Numbered from the whole stretch's first letter, positions 21,223 through 31,945 are shown. The stretch is 59,094 nucleotides of DNA, filler included, from 6 parts of 6 records of this genome joined end to end with filler, not necessarily neighbours in it; one strand, 5' to 3'. Translations and numbers: made by a program. The notes: generated by a model not told the origin, from the sequence alone.

Positions 21223-22860
21223 CTATTTTTTATAACTTGATTTAAGTGGTACGATTTCGTTAAAAATCAGTTGATCTTCTGTTGAATCATCATCAACATT
21301 AAAGTATCCCACTCTCATGAATTGATATTTGTCTTGTGGCTTACTAGAGCCGATTGCAGCTTCTACATAACCATGTTTTACTTCTAATGAATCATCATTA
21401 AATCTTTCGAGTAAATCTTTTGATTCGTCATCATCTAACATCGGATGATAGAAATTGATTTGTGCTTTTTTAGCTGTACTTGCTTCTACGAAATGAATGG
21501 TACCATTTGGTTTTCTATCTTTAAATCCTGATCCACTTTTCGTTTCAACATCATATGTTGCAATCACTTCAACAATTTCGCCATTTTCATCATATTTGAC
21601 TTCATTTGCTTTAATAAAATATGCATGGAATAATCTAACTTCAATACCTAAAGCTAATCGCTTATATTTTTTATTTGGTTTTTCTAAGACAAAATCATCT
21701 TTATCAATATATAAATGTTTAGAAAAAGCAATTTTTCTTGAACCCATTTCAGGATGATCTTGATGATAATCTACATCAAGATATTCAATCTTATCGTCTG
21801 GATAATTTGTGATTGTGACTTTTAATGGATTGACAACACCCATCACACGCATAGCTTTATCTTGTAAATCAGATCTAACAGTTGCTTCTAACATATCAGC
21901 ACTCACTGTTGAATTTACTTTGGATAATCCTGTTGATAAAATAAAGTTTCTAATCGCATCAGGTGTATATCCTTTTCTTCTCATGCCTGAAACTGTAGGC
22001 ATTCTAGGATCATCCCATCCACTAACTTTATGGTTTTCAACAAGTGCTCTTAAGAATCTTTTACTAAGCACTGTGTTTTCAACATTTAAACGACCAAATT
22101 CAATTTGTCTAGGAACGCTAGGGATTTCAGTTTCTCTAACGACCCAATCATATAATGGTCTATGATCTTCGAATTCTAATGAGCATAGTGAATGTGTAAT
22201 ACCTTCAATCGCATCTTCTAAAGGATGTGCATAATCATACATTGGATAAATGCACCATTTATCACCTTGACGGTGATGATGCGCATAGACAATACGATAA
22301 ATCGCAGGATCTCTTAAATTCATATTTGGAGATGCCATATCAATTTTTGCGCGAAGTACACATTCGCCTTCTTTGTATTTACCAGCGCGCATATCTTCAA
22401 AAATCTTTAAATTCTCTTCAATACTTGTATTTCTATAAGGAGAATCAACACCTGGTGTATTGACGTCACCTCTATTTTTCGCCATATCTTCTGGTGATTG
22501 AAAATCAACATAAGCAAGGCCTTTTTTAATGAGTACAATCGCTCTTTCATACATTTCATCAAAATAGTCAGATGCAAAATATATATTTGCTGGTTCATAG
22601 CCTAGCCATTTGATATCTCTTTTAATCGCTTGTACGAAAACATCGTCTTCTTTTTCTGGATTTGTATCATCATATCTTAAATTTGTATATCCACCAAAAT
22701 TTTTGGCAAGTTCAAAATTGGTAATAATCGCACGTGCATGCCCAATATGTAAGAACCCATTAGGTTCTGGTGGGAAACGTGTGACAATACCATCATGTTT
22801 TTTACTTTCTAAATCTTGTTCCATAATTGTTTTAATAAAATTAGAATGATTTTCCATCAT
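21223..22860 (-). CDS. glnS: Glutamine--tRNA ligase
   Basis: TRFPPEPNGFLHIGH, YPMYDYAH, LSKR, GWDDPRMPT, QFMRVGYF. Confidence 0.95.
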   Translation of the reverse strand: MMENHSNFIKTIMEQDLESKKHDGIVTRFPPEPNGFLHIGHARAIITNFELAKNFGGYTNLRYDDTNPEKEDDVFVQAIKRDIKWLGYEPANIYFASDYFDEMYERAIVLIKKGLAYVDFQSPEDMAKNRGDVNTPGVDSPYRNTSIEENLKIFEDMRAGKYKEGECVLRAKIDMASPNMNLRDPAIYRIVYAHHHRQGDKWCIYPMYDYAHPLEDAIEGITHSLCSLEFEDHRPLYDWVVRETEIPSVPRQIEFGRLNVENTVLSKRFLRALVENHKVSGWDDPRMPTVSGMRRKGYTPDAIRNFILSTGLSKVNSTVSADMLEATVRSDLQDKAMRVMGVVNPLKVTITNYPDDKIEYLDVDYHQDHPEMGSRKIAFSKHLYIDKDDFVLEKPNKKYKRLALGIEVRLFHAYFIKANEVKYDENGEIVEVIATYDVETKSGSGFKDRKPNGTIHFVEASTAKKAQINFYHPMLDDDESKDLLERFNDDSLEVKHGYVEAAIGSSKPQDKYQFMRVGYFNVDDDSTEDQLIFNEIVPLKSSYKK

Positions 22861-22898
22861 ATCACCTCAAGTCTTTCTTATTATATAAGAAAAACAAA

Positions 22899-22936
22899 AA
22901 AACAACAAGGCAAATCCAAGATATGCTTGTTGTTTT
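22899..22936 (-). terminator. Terminator after the MATE gene
   Basis: AAAACAACAAG ... CTTGTTGTTTT. Confidence 0.55.
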
Positions 22937-22946
22937 ATCGTTTTAT

Positions 22947-23564
22947 TTATTCATCAATTAATTTAACATTCATCCATCTGCGTTTATACCATCGAAGAGC
23001 CATCGATGAACCTCTCACATTTTCGTCAATCGCTTGTGCAATAAATACACCTAAAATACCCAATTCTAAACGAATCCCTAAAATATAGGTAAATAACACA
23101 GATATCCCAAGCATAGATATCACAGCCATCACAACAGGAAATATCGTATCTCCTGCTGATCGAAGTGCTGTAATATATATCATATTCATTGAACGACCTA
23201 TTTCAATAGCGATTGATATATAAATCACTTGTCTAATCATTTTAATAATAATTGGGTCGGTTGTAAAAATACCAATCACTTGATATGCAAATATGTTTAA
23301 TAAACCTGTAACCATCACAATGGTTATAAATGCGACTTTAATGGTTTTAAGCGTATGCTTATAACCAATATTAGGATTTTTTTCACCAATGTGATAACCT
23401 ACAATAATTGAATTACCCTGTGCAAACGCAAAACTAAAAATAAAAACAAAAGATAAAATTAATGAAATATATGATTGAGCAATGACTGCTTCTGGTTGCA
23501 TTTGGTTAATAAAATATAAAATAAGAATTTGAGATATATTATACATAATGTTTTCTGCTGCAGC
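22947..23564 (-). CDS. MATE-family efflux transporter, C-terminal part (5' partial)
   Basis: IVGYHIGEK, ALRSAGDT, LGILGVFIA, DENVRG. Confidence 0.85.
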   Translation of the reverse strand, partial: AAAENIMYNISQILILYFINQMQPEAVIAQSYISLILSFVFIFSFAFAQGNSIIVGYHIGEKNPNIGYKHTLKTIKVAFITIVMVTGLLNIFAYQVIGIFTTDPIIIKMIRQVIYISIAIEIGRSMNMIYITALRSAGDTIFPVVMAVISMLGISVLFTYILGIRLELGILGVFIAQAIDENVRGSSMALRWYKRRWMNVKLIDE

Positions 23565-23664
23565 NNNNNNNNNNNNNNNNNNNNNNNNNNNNNNNNNNNN
23601 NNNNNNNNTTAATTAATTAANNNNNNNNNNNNNNNNNNNNNNNNNNNNNNNNNNNNNNNNNNNN
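23565..23664. other. Artificial contig linker
   Basis: N run with TTAATTAATTAA. Confidence 0.98.
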
Positions 23665-23817
23665 TGGGCTTTTTATTAAAAACCACAGTATTAATTTGGG
23701 AGACCGGGTTCGATTGCTAATGTCAAGCCTTCCAAGAGAGGACGGCAGATGCCTCGACAGATCACCCCCCTGCTTGTTTGCGGGTTCCTAATAGGATGTT
23801 TGACGGCATTGCGGGAC
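23665..23817 (+). ncRNA. ssrS: 6S RNA (5' truncated)
   Basis: GC-rich non-coding segment with Firmicutes 6S-like 3' features CCCCTG...GCGGGTTC...ACGGCATTGCGGG and internal GGGAG. Confidence 0.7.
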
Positions 23818-23839
23818 ATAAATTTGGCTAATGTTTATA

Positions 23840-23868
23840 TTTACAAAGGTCAATTTTTTTTATATAAT
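23840..23868 (+). promoter_or_regulatory. Sigma70-type promoter
   Basis: TTTACA-17nt-TATAAT just upstream of ORF 23877. Confidence 0.6.
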
Positions 23869-23876
23869 GAATTGAT

Positions 23877-24509
23877 ATGGAAAAATTATTAAAAATAACA
23901 AAACAAAGAATTAAAAATCATCTGCATTATGGTAAAAGGTATTATTTAATAGCAATTATAGCTGTGATTGCAACTGTAAATATTATATATACAACAACTG
24001 CCCCTAAATACCCCAAGGAAAACACAGTAAGTATAATGATGTATACAGGTACAATAGATGAAGATGCTGCAGATATCTGGCAAGAAGAAATGCTGAATCT
24101 ATTATCAGATGACCAAAGAGCTGTAGAGATAGTTTCTAGTGTTTCTGCTGATATAACCACGCAGCCTGTAGTTGTGGTAAGGATTGCAGCAAAAGAAGAT
24201 GATATTTTGGTAATGAGCGAAGAAGAAATGATAACATATGCAAGCCAAGGATCATTTTTGCCATTAGATGAGTATATGGATTTAGACAAAGTGTATAATA
24301 TGTATCCTGATATTGACTGGTCTAAATATGAAGTAATATACGAGGAACTGGGTGACACGGAATCTCATATTTATTGGCTGCCGTTAGATATGGTTGAAGG
24401 TCTCAGTGAGCTTGGCTTTTCAGGAGAAGGTATGGGAATAGGAATAGTCGTAAATAGCGTAAATGTTGACAATACCATAACTTGCTTTGAATATATAATT
24501 TCAAAGTAA
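23877..24509 (+). CDS. Membrane-anchored acidic extracellular protein, solute-binding-protein-like
   Basis: Single N-terminal TM helix; DILVM...GSFLPLDEY resembles sugar SBP segments. Confidence 0.55.
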   Translation: MEKLLKITKQRIKNHLHYGKRYYLIAIIAVIATVNIIYTTTAPKYPKENTVSIMMYTGTIDEDAADIWQEEMLNLLSDDQRAVEIVSSVSADITTQPVVVVRIAAKEDDILVMSEEEMITYASQGSFLPLDEYMDLDKVYNMYPDIDWSKYEVIYEELGDTESHIYWLPLDMVEGLSELGFSGEGMGIGIVVNSVNVDNTITCFEYIISK

Positions 24510-24545
24510 AGAAGAATTTTTAGTGTTTTTGGAGAAGTTAGGTAG

Positions 24546-25064
24546 ATGATTAGAGAGAAGAAAACTAAAAAGGAAGTGTCTGGCAATAAGGCTTTTTGGT
24601 TGGTCATTTTATTATCTATAGGTATAATAATTATGTCCAGCTTGGTGGGATATTTGCAGAGACAATTTGGCATCATGCATCTTGAAACAATTATTTATTT
24701 TCTTGTAATTGTTATTGCTTACTTCCTTATAAAAAGTTATTTAACTGAATATAGGTATTCATTTTTTGATAATGAATTAATAATAGAAAAGATTTTAGGT
24801 AAGCGTGTTACTCCAATTGCTACTATTAAGGCAAAGGAGATAAAATTTTTTGGTAAATTATCTGACCTTGAGTGGGATAATAAAGAGATACATATAGATA
24901 ATTGTGACGTACACAAAAGAGATGCGTATATCATTAAATACATTAAGAAGGATGTAGTAAAACTGCTTACACTTAACCCTAGTGAAGAATTAATTTTGCA
25001 TATACACAAGTCTATGAAAGCAAAAGATTTTGATGAAGTGGTTGAGGAAAAACTAATAAAATAA
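24546..25064 (+). CDS. Hypothetical membrane protein (2 TM plus soluble domain)
   Basis: Two hydrophobic helices then EYRYSFFDNELIIEKI. Confidence 0.6.
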   Translation: MIREKKTKKEVSGNKAFWLVILLSIGIIIMSSLVGYLQRQFGIMHLETIIYFLVIVIAYFLIKSYLTEYRYSFFDNELIIEKILGKRVTPIATIKAKEIKFFGKLSDLEWDNKEIHIDNCDVHKRDAYIIKYIKKDVVKLLTLNPSEELILHIHKSMKAKDFDEVVEEKLIK

Positions 25065-26440
25065 TGGCAAATACCTTTATAAGAAAGATGCTGGAAGAAT
25101 ACAGTGGGAGTAATCCAGCAAGATTCCATATGCCTGGTCACAAGGGCAAAGTTAATCCCTATGATGTAACGGAGATAAGCATAACGGATGATTTGAATAA
25201 TCCGCAAACCTATATTTTAGATGCACAGAAAGCACTAAGCAAAAGCTTCAAAAGTGCACAATCATTTTTTATGGTAAACGGGTCAACAAGCAGCATACAC
25301 GCAATGCTGAAATATGCCAGTCTGCATAGTTCTTACCCTATTTTAATATCAAGAAATTCTCACAAGAGCATACTTGCAGGATGTATGCTTTTTAATATTG
25401 ATACAATAATTTTAGAAGAAGAATTTGATAATGAAATTCAGGCATTTGCATTTAATGAAAAAGATGTAATTGATGCAATGAATAATAATAAATTATCTGC
25501 TGTGGTTTTTACATCAGTTGACTATTTTGGCAGGACTATTGATATATCAAATATTTCGAAGATTTGCAGAGAGAGGGCAATCTTACTGCTATGCGATGAA
25601 GCACATGGAGCACATTTTCATATAAGCGATATGCTGCCACCAAGTGCACTATCTCGTGTGGATATTTGTGTCCACAGTCCTCATAAAACTTTATCGGCAC
25701 TAACACAGTGCTCCTATGTACATTTATCAAACAGCATTGATATAGACAAATTTGAAAGCATAATACATAGCTTGCAAACAAGCAGTCCTAGCTTTTTGTT
25801 AATTGAATCTATGGATTCTGCTAGATTTTGTGCCGATACTATGAAAGCTGAATGGGAAGATAGAATAAAGTCAGCTAAAAAACTTATAGATAATTTAAAC
25901 AAAATAGATGGAATCAAAGTAGCAGATACAAATTGGGCAAAAAAGTGCGGATATTATAATAAAGACATAACACGCCTAGTAATAGATGTTAGTAATATAG
26001 GTAACGGAATAGAAATAGGCAAAGCATTAGAGAGCAAGTACAATATTTTTATGGAAATGTGTACATTTAGATATCTTGTAGCAATATTAACACCTTGGGA
26101 TAAAAAAGAGTGGGATGAAATGCTGTATAATGCACTATTTGAAATATCTAAAATTAAGAAGAACTTATGTAAAATTCCAAGTTATCCTACTAATCATATT
26201 AAAGCTATGGATTTATCTGAAGCAGAAAATTCAAACTGGGAAAAGGTAATGCTAAAAGATGCAGCAAATAGAATCTGCGCAGTATCAATTGGTGTTTATC
26301 CGCCAGGAGTGCCGTTAGTACTCCCAGGAGAATTTATTAGCCAAGAGGCAATAGATTACATGTTAGAAGTCAAAAGACTGGGAGGAAGTCTTTTTGGAGC
26401 TGAAAAAGGGTATGTTTGCTGTGTAAAAGGAGAGCATTAG
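25064..26440 (+). CDS. Orn/Lys/Arg decarboxylase family (YaaO-like)
   Basis: FHMPGHKG, VNGST, RNSHKS, DEAHGAH, SPHKTL, TSSPS, YPPGVP. Confidence 0.9.
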   Translation: MANTFIRKMLEEYSGSNPARFHMPGHKGKVNPYDVTEISITDDLNNPQTYILDAQKALSKSFKSAQSFFMVNGSTSSIHAMLKYASLHSSYPILISRNSHKSILAGCMLFNIDTIILEEEFDNEIQAFAFNEKDVIDAMNNNKLSAVVFTSVDYFGRTIDISNISKICRERAILLLCDEAHGAHFHISDMLPPSALSRVDICVHSPHKTLSALTQCSYVHLSNSIDIDKFESIIHSLQTSSPSFLLIESMDSARFCADTMKAEWEDRIKSAKKLIDNLNKIDGIKVADTNWAKKCGYYNKDITRLVIDVSNIGNGIEIGKALESKYNIFMEMCTFRYLVAILTPWDKKEWDEMLYNALFEISKIKKNLCKIPSYPTNHIKAMDLSEAENSNWEKVMLKDAANRICAVSIGVYPPGVPLVLPGEFISQEAIDYMLEVKRLGGSLFGAEKGYVCCVKGEH

Positions 26441-26448
26441 CTCTCCTT
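26427..26448. terminator. Hairpin between convergent genes
   Basis: AAGGAGAGC-atta-GCTCTCCTT. Confidence 0.6.
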
Positions 26449-26450
26449 AA

Positions 26451-26825
26451 TTATTTGCGTGTAGGAACAATCTCGATCCAATATCCATCAGGATCATTTA
26501 TAAAATATATTCCCATGTCAGGGTTTTCGTAGCATATACATCCCATTTCTTTGTGCTTTTTGTATGCTGTATCATAGTCATCTACCCTAAAGGCTAAGTG
26601 AAACTCTTCCTCGCCTAAATCATATGCATCTGGGTGATCTGCTAGCCAAGTAAGCTCTAATGAAAATGGCGAACCTTGCTTATCATTTAAAAATACTATT
26701 TTGAATTTATTGTGATCAGGTTCATTTCTTTTAAATTCTACTAAATCTAGTGCTTCCTTATAGAAAGCTATTGATTTTTCTAAATCCTTCACATTGAAGT
26801 TAACATGTGCAAATTTAAAATTCAT
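26451..26825 (-). CDS. gloA: Lactoylglutathione lyase / VOC protein
   Basis: HVNFNVKDLEKSIAFY, LELTW, HLAF, DPDGYWIEI. Confidence 0.85.
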   Translation of the reverse strand: MNFKFAHVNFNVKDLEKSIAFYKEALDLVEFKRNEPDHNKFKIVFLNDKQGSPFSLELTWLADHPDAYDLGEEEFHLAFRVDDYDTAYKKHKEMGCICYENPDMGIYFINDPDGYWIEIVPTRK

Positions 26826-26980
26826 TTTTCTTCTCCTTTTATTTTTCATAAACTTAAAATATTATCTAGGTATGATAATATTATACCAGTAATTGATGAA
26901 ATAAAACATCTTTTTGTATACTTTGTGACATTGTTATATGCAAACAATAAAAACAGTGGTACAATAACAAAATAGTATTA

Positions 26981-27931
26981 ATGGAGGTGGATCTAATGAG
27001 TTCAAAACAAATAGTGGGAGCATTTTTTGGCATAATTGCTATTATTCTAATTATTGCCAGTATTGCATCCATTTATAGAATTGAAGAAGGAGAAGAGGCG
27101 CTAGTTCTAACATTTGGGGAATTAACTGACAGGAAAGGTGCTGGTTTGTACTGGCATTTACCATTTATACAATCTGTTAAAACTCAATCGCTAACAGAAA
27201 AATATACTCTTGAATATGGTTACAGAACGTCATCGGCTGCGACTACAAGCCAAGGAGCAGTTTATAATGATGTTGCAAGTGAAGCAATTATGTTAACAAG
27301 CGACTTAAACATAGTAAGTGTTGAAGCAATTTATCAAGTGGTTGTTGACGATGCAGCAACATTTTTCTATGAAGTGGATGATCCATTTGGAACATTGCAG
27401 TATGCTTTTGAAACAGTCTTACGCAGAAATGTTCAAAATAGGACATTAGATGATGCATTACTTAATAAAAAAGTAATCCAAGATCAAGTTTTCCCTGATT
27501 TTAAAAAGATAATAGATCAATACAATATTGGTGTTAGAGTGGAACAGGTGCTAATTCAAAATATCGTTGTTCCAGATGCAGTTAAATCGGCATATGAAGA
27601 TGTTATTAACGCACAAAATGAAGAATTAAGGAAACAAGACGAAGCGGAGAAATATTATTATCAAGTCGTTCCTCAAGCAGAAGCTTCAGCTTACAAAATG
27701 ATCGAGGACGCAGAAGCTCAAAAAGCTGAAACAATAGCATCTGCTGAAGGTGATGTTGCAGTATTTAATGCAATTCATGAAAAATATAAGCTAGATCCTG
27801 AAATTACACGTACAAGATTGTTTATTGAGACTATAGAAAAAATAATGCAAAATGCAGATAGTAAATATGTCATAGAAAACTCAGGAGACGGTACAATTAA
27901 ATTCCTACCAATCGGTGGAGGTGAACAATAA
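26981..27931 (+). CDS. hflK: FtsH modulator HflK
   Basis: SPFH domain, MLTSDLNIV, AYEDVINA, PEITRTRLFIET. Confidence 0.9.
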   Translation: MEVDLMSSKQIVGAFFGIIAIILIIASIASIYRIEEGEEALVLTFGELTDRKGAGLYWHLPFIQSVKTQSLTEKYTLEYGYRTSSAATTSQGAVYNDVASEAIMLTSDLNIVSVEAIYQVVVDDAATFFYEVDDPFGTLQYAFETVLRRNVQNRTLDDALLNKKVIQDQVFPDFKKIIDQYNIGVRVEQVLIQNIVVPDAVKSAYEDVINAQNEELRKQDEAEKYYYQVVPQAEASAYKMIEDAEAQKAETIASAEGDVAVFNAIHEKYKLDPEITRTRLFIETIEKIMQNADSKYVIENSGDGTIKFLPIGGGEQ

Positions 27932-28959
27932 TGGATAATAATACAATTAACTTAAATAGAAGGAATAATAATAAAGAAATTATTAAAGCTACCAAGTCTA
28001 TTGTACGTTTAGTAGTAATATTTATCGTCGTAATTTTAATTCTTTCTCAATCTATGTTTACAGTAAACGAACATGAGCAAGCCGTTGTAAAACGCTTAGG
28101 CATAATTAAAAGAATTGTGATTGACTCTGAAAATACATTTATTGAAGACAATCCAGAAACAATGAATATAGAAGGAGCAAAAATTAATGATGTTTCTGTT
28201 AGTGTTGGTAAAGGGTTGTTCTTTAAAATCCCATTTATTGATAAAGCAGAAAAATATGATAGCTGGCTATATACTTATGTGTCTAATGCTGAGCAAGTTA
28301 ACACATCAGATAAAAGGCAATACTACATCACTATGTATGCTCAATGGCGTATCGCAAACCCAGGATTGTTTGCAGTTAGCCAAAAAACAACAATACAAGC
28401 AAGTGTATATCTTGACAATATGATTTTTCCTGAGATTATCCAAAATGTTAATAATACAAAATCCAGTGATTTTATTAACAACAAAGATCTTTGGAATCAA
28501 GTAATGTTGGACGCTCAAGTAAACATTAACGAAAAGCTTAAAGACAGTGGTATTGAAATTTTAGATATGCAAGTTCATAGAACTATTCTGCCGGATGCAA
28601 ATATTCAATCAACATATGATAAGATGATTGCTAACCGTGAGAAAATTGCCCAGCAGCACAGATCGCAAGGTGAAGCGCATTATACAAAAGAAGTTTCATC
28701 AGCTGATCGTAAAGCCCGTGAACTGGTTGCAGGTGCAATACTTGAAAGTGAACAAATTATTGGTGAAGGTGAAGCAGAAGCATTGGGATTGTATGCAAGT
28801 GCATATAGCATAGATCCAGAATTTTATGCATACTGGAGATCCCTGCAAGCACTGGAAACATCACTTGAAGATAATACAACTTTAGTTCTTGATGACACGC
28901 ATCCGCTATGGTCTGATTTGCTTGAAATGGCAACATGGGGAAGTTCATTAGAAGACTAA
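27931..28959 (+). CDS. hflC: FtsH modulator HflC
   Basis: GLFFKIPF, MIANREKIA, DPEFYAYWRSL. Confidence 0.9.
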   Translation: MDNNTINLNRRNNNKEIIKATKSIVRLVVIFIVVILILSQSMFTVNEHEQAVVKRLGIIKRIVIDSENTFIEDNPETMNIEGAKINDVSVSVGKGLFFKIPFIDKAEKYDSWLYTYVSNAEQVNTSDKRQYYITMYAQWRIANPGLFAVSQKTTIQASVYLDNMIFPEIIQNVNNTKSSDFINNKDLWNQVMLDAQVNINEKLKDSGIEILDMQVHRTILPDANIQSTYDKMIANREKIAQQHRSQGEAHYTKEVSSADRKARELVAGAILESEQIIGEGEAEALGLYASAYSIDPEFYAYWRSLQALETSLEDNTTLVLDDTHPLWSDLLEMATWGSSLED

Positions 28960-28999
28960 TAAATGCAACTAATCTACTGTATTTTACAGTAAATACACA

Positions 29000-29030
29000 A
29001 AAAGTGCTGCTATTAAATAGCGGCACTTTT
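29000..29030. terminator. Bidirectional terminator
   Basis: AAAAGTGCTGCTATT-a-AATAGCGGCACTTTT. Confidence 0.8.
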
Positions 29031-29055
29031 ATAATATATAACTTATCAAGTTATT

Positions 29056-29553
29056 CTAGCTTGCCTTTAGGTCTCCTTTTTTGTATTCAAGCAGTCTGGT
29101 TATTATAAACGCAAATAGATACATAAATGTTTCATCAATTTGAGGCTTAATGTTTACAACATAACTATTGCCGATAAGATTTTTTTTCAATTGAATAGTA
29201 CCGGCTATTTCTCCATATTTATATAGATGAATAGAAGACATATCCATTCTATGTGTTACAGTATAAATATTATCTGTGCTGGAAACATATAAATCCAATC
29301 CTGAAAATGTTTTACTTAAGTATATGGTTAATATTTCTTTAGATGATGCATCGTATATTATACATTGATAATTTTCTTTTCTTTCAAAGGTATCTATCAA
29401 GTATACTATATTATCAGTAGCGTCGTATATAACTTCCTTCCCATCAATTGATGAAAGTTTTCTTGATATTTTTAATAAAAAGTCCCTGTTCGAATTAAGT
29501 ATTGATATCTCTTTTTCCTTAGTACTACGGCTATGTTTAATTAAATATTCCAT
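29056..29553 (-). CDS. Hypothetical protein, LURP-one/Tubby-C-like
   Basis: 165 aa beta-rich sequence with a C-terminal hydrophobic helix; weak resemblance only. Confidence 0.45.
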   Translation of the reverse strand: MEYLIKHSRSTKEKEISILNSNRDFLLKISRKLSSIDGKEVIYDATDNIVYLIDTFERKENYQCIIYDASSKEILTIYLSKTFSGLDLYVSSTDNIYTVTHRMDMSSIHLYKYGEIAGTIQLKKNLIGNSYVVNIKPQIDETFMYLFAFIITRLLEYKKGDLKAS

Positions 29554-29788
29554 CTTTTGCCTCTCCCAAGCTTATTTTAAGTAGAGCATATTTATCTGCA
29601 AGCTCTTACCTGTAGGAATATATTAACATAATATAGCAATAAAAACTAAATCCTATCAAATGTCTTGGATTTTATTAACAAATGTAAAATCGGGGTAATA
29701 ATGTGTATAATTATACATTATTATGCAATTAAAAAAAGTGTATTTTTTTAATAAGTATAATGAAAATTAAAAGGCATATTAATCACTA

Positions 29789-30415
29789 TTAATATGCTGA
29801 TACAATATTAGTTATATCATAAGGAGAATCTACTATATAATCAGGGTTACCAGTAGATAGTATTTCCTTGCTGTCATACCCCCATGTAACTGCAATCACT
29901 TTGATATTATTTTTTTTACATGCTTCAATATCGCCTAGCTCGTCTCCTATATAAAGCATTTCATGTTTTTTAATGTTGTATTGCTTCAAATATTTCTTTA
30001 GTATTTTTTTCTTGGTCAATTTCCCCTTAGTAGAAAAAATTTCCTCTATTGTATCTATGTTATGCTTGTCTATAACTTTTCTTATATTCTCTTTAGAATT
30101 TAACGATATGATATTTGTTGTATACTTTTCTGAAAGATGTTCTATAACTTCTTTTATGTTTTCACACAAATCAACGCAGTCTAATTTCATTTTCATTTTC
30201 TTTTGTGCTATCAATGCAAATTTAGGCAGCTCATGCCACTTAATACCATATTCTTTTACTGCTTCTTTCCAATGCATACTCATATAACGAGACAGTTCCT
30301 TGTCAGTTAAAGGGTGTTTATCAAAATGTGTTAGGACTTCGTTAATAAGTTCTGGCACTAAAGGGGTAGTGTTAGCAATTGTACCGTCAAAATCAAAAAC
30401 TATGTGTTTAATCAT
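29789..30415 (-). CDS. HAD-family hydrolase (phosphoglycolate phosphatase-like)
   Basis: FDFDGT, YIGDELGD, VTWGY. Confidence 0.9.
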   Translation of the reverse strand: MIKHIVFDFDGTIANTTPLVPELINEVLTHFDKHPLTDKELSRYMSMHWKEAVKEYGIKWHELPKFALIAQKKMKMKLDCVDLCENIKEVIEHLSEKYTTNIISLNSKENIRKVIDKHNIDTIEEIFSTKGKLTKKKILKKYLKQYNIKKHEMLYIGDELGDIEACKKNNIKVIAVTWGYDSKEILSTGNPDYIVDSPYDITNIVSAY

Positions 30416-30502
30416 GCTTATACCTATCTCTTAAATATATTTATATTTTGTAATTATATCATGGTTATTTAAAAACTACAATTTGTTTAAGTAAATTTAA
30501 TG

Positions 30503-31747
30503 TTAGCTTATATTAATAAGAAAATTTCTTAAATCTTCTAAATTGTTTTTTTGGGGATTGAGTATAGCATACTCATAGGCTTTATCTTTATAAAATTTAA
30601 TTTCTTTTCCTTTTACAGAAAGCAAATCCATAATTTCATGTCCATTAATTTTAAGCATATCATAAGATATAAATTGATTATTCAAAATCATCTGTTGATA
30701 AATATTATTTAATTGAGATGAGGTATCTTTTGCCATTACATCTAGGAATTCTATCTGTCTTTTTGCAGCTTCTTTACCGCTTTTTGCAAAATGTATTATA
30801 ATCTCGTCCTTACTTCTATCAGCAATTTTCTTGTTAGTAATTAATCTATAAACTTCCTTAGCCAATTCTTTGCCTAGTGACAAGCTTAAAATATATTTTT
30901 TTGCATCTTTGGGTGAATTATCGCTTAAAAATACACCCCAGAGAACATACCTATCCTGTGTAGCAGAGCACACTTTCAGAGCAGTTTCTTTTTTTACCGT
31001 TTTACATATAACTTCATTAGCAGTTGAATTAAAAATTGCATCTATACCAAAGCTTAAGTTTTCTGTGTCACATAATATTCTATCTAACTCTACACCTATT
31101 CTTTCCTTTGAAATATTATTTAATAATGACGAACATTCTATTGCGCCCTTCATTGTAGCATCAGCAATATTAAAGCCTAGTTTGGCTGAAAATCTGCACA
31201 TTCGCAGTATTCTTAGTGCATCCTCTGTAAAAACCTTTTTGCTTTCTCTTACGGTCTTAATCATTTTATTCTTTATATCATTTTGACCTTCAAAAAAGTC
31301 TACTATCTCACAAGTTAATGGATCTAAATATAATGCGTTAATAGAAAAATCTCTTCTTTGTGCATCCTTTAAAATATCCGTGGTAAAAACAATTTTCGAT
31401 GGTGTATGGAATCCATCTCCTCTGTAGGACTCAGTACGAAAGCATGTGTACTCAATATCTAATTTTCCAACAATTAGCTTTAATGTACCCAAAGGGTAAT
31501 TAGCCTCACATAGCTTAATTCTATGGTCATTTGATATTATTTGGGCAAAAACTTCCGGTGTACAGTCGCCGCACACGTCAATATCATTTTCGTGTGAATC
31601 ACATGAACCTAGGAAGATATCTCTTACAAATCCTCCTACTATATAAAAGTTATAATTATTAGCTTTCATCAATTTTGCTAGATGAATTAATCCCTCTGGA
31701 GTGTATTTTTCTAATGTGCGTTTGTTCATGGCATTATTATACAGCAA
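30503..31747 (-). CDS. cca: CCA tRNA nucleotidyltransferase / poly(A) polymerase family
   Basis: VGGFVRD, DIDV, RRDFSINAL, EDALRILR, ISKERI. Confidence 0.85.
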   Translation of the reverse strand: MLYNNAMNKRTLEKYTPEGLIHLAKLMKANNYNFYIVGGFVRDIFLGSCDSHENDIDVCGDCTPEVFAQIISNDHRIKLCEANYPLGTLKLIVGKLDIEYTCFRTESYRGDGFHTPSKIVFTTDILKDAQRRDFSINALYLDPLTCEIVDFFEGQNDIKNKMIKTVRESKKVFTEDALRILRMCRFSAKLGFNIADATMKGAIECSSLLNNISKERIGVELDRILCDTENLSFGIDAIFNSTANEVICKTVKKETALKVCSATQDRYVLWGVFLSDNSPKDAKKYILSLSLGKELAKEVYRLITNKKIADRSKDEIIIHFAKSGKEAAKRQIEFLDVMAKDTSSQLNNIYQQMILNNQFISYDMLKINGHEIMDLLSVKGKEIKFYKDKAYEYAILNPQKNNLEDLRNFLINIS

Positions 31748-31886
31748 ATTCTAATCAAGGACAAATCTTATAAAAGTCAGCTAAAATTGCTGGAACTGAT
31801 TATAAATAATTAAGTACAAAAACGCAATATATTAGATATATAATCGCATAAAAAGCAAATATATTCTTAAATAAGAAAATTTGTTC

Positions 31887-31915
31887 TTGACTATTTACAA
31901 TAGTTAAATTATACT
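31887..31915 (+). promoter_or_regulatory. Sigma70 promoter with an overlapping palindromic operator
   Basis: TTGACT-17nt-TATACT; inverted repeat TTGACTATT-tac-AATAGTTAA (31887-31907). Confidence 0.65.
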
Positions 31916-31945
31916 AAATGTAATAATTAAAGTGATGAGAGGTAA

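Noticed and set aside
21223-22860. glnS in a Firmicute-derived genome as a novelty
   Set aside because: GlnRS is already known from Acholeplasmatales and some Firmicutes.
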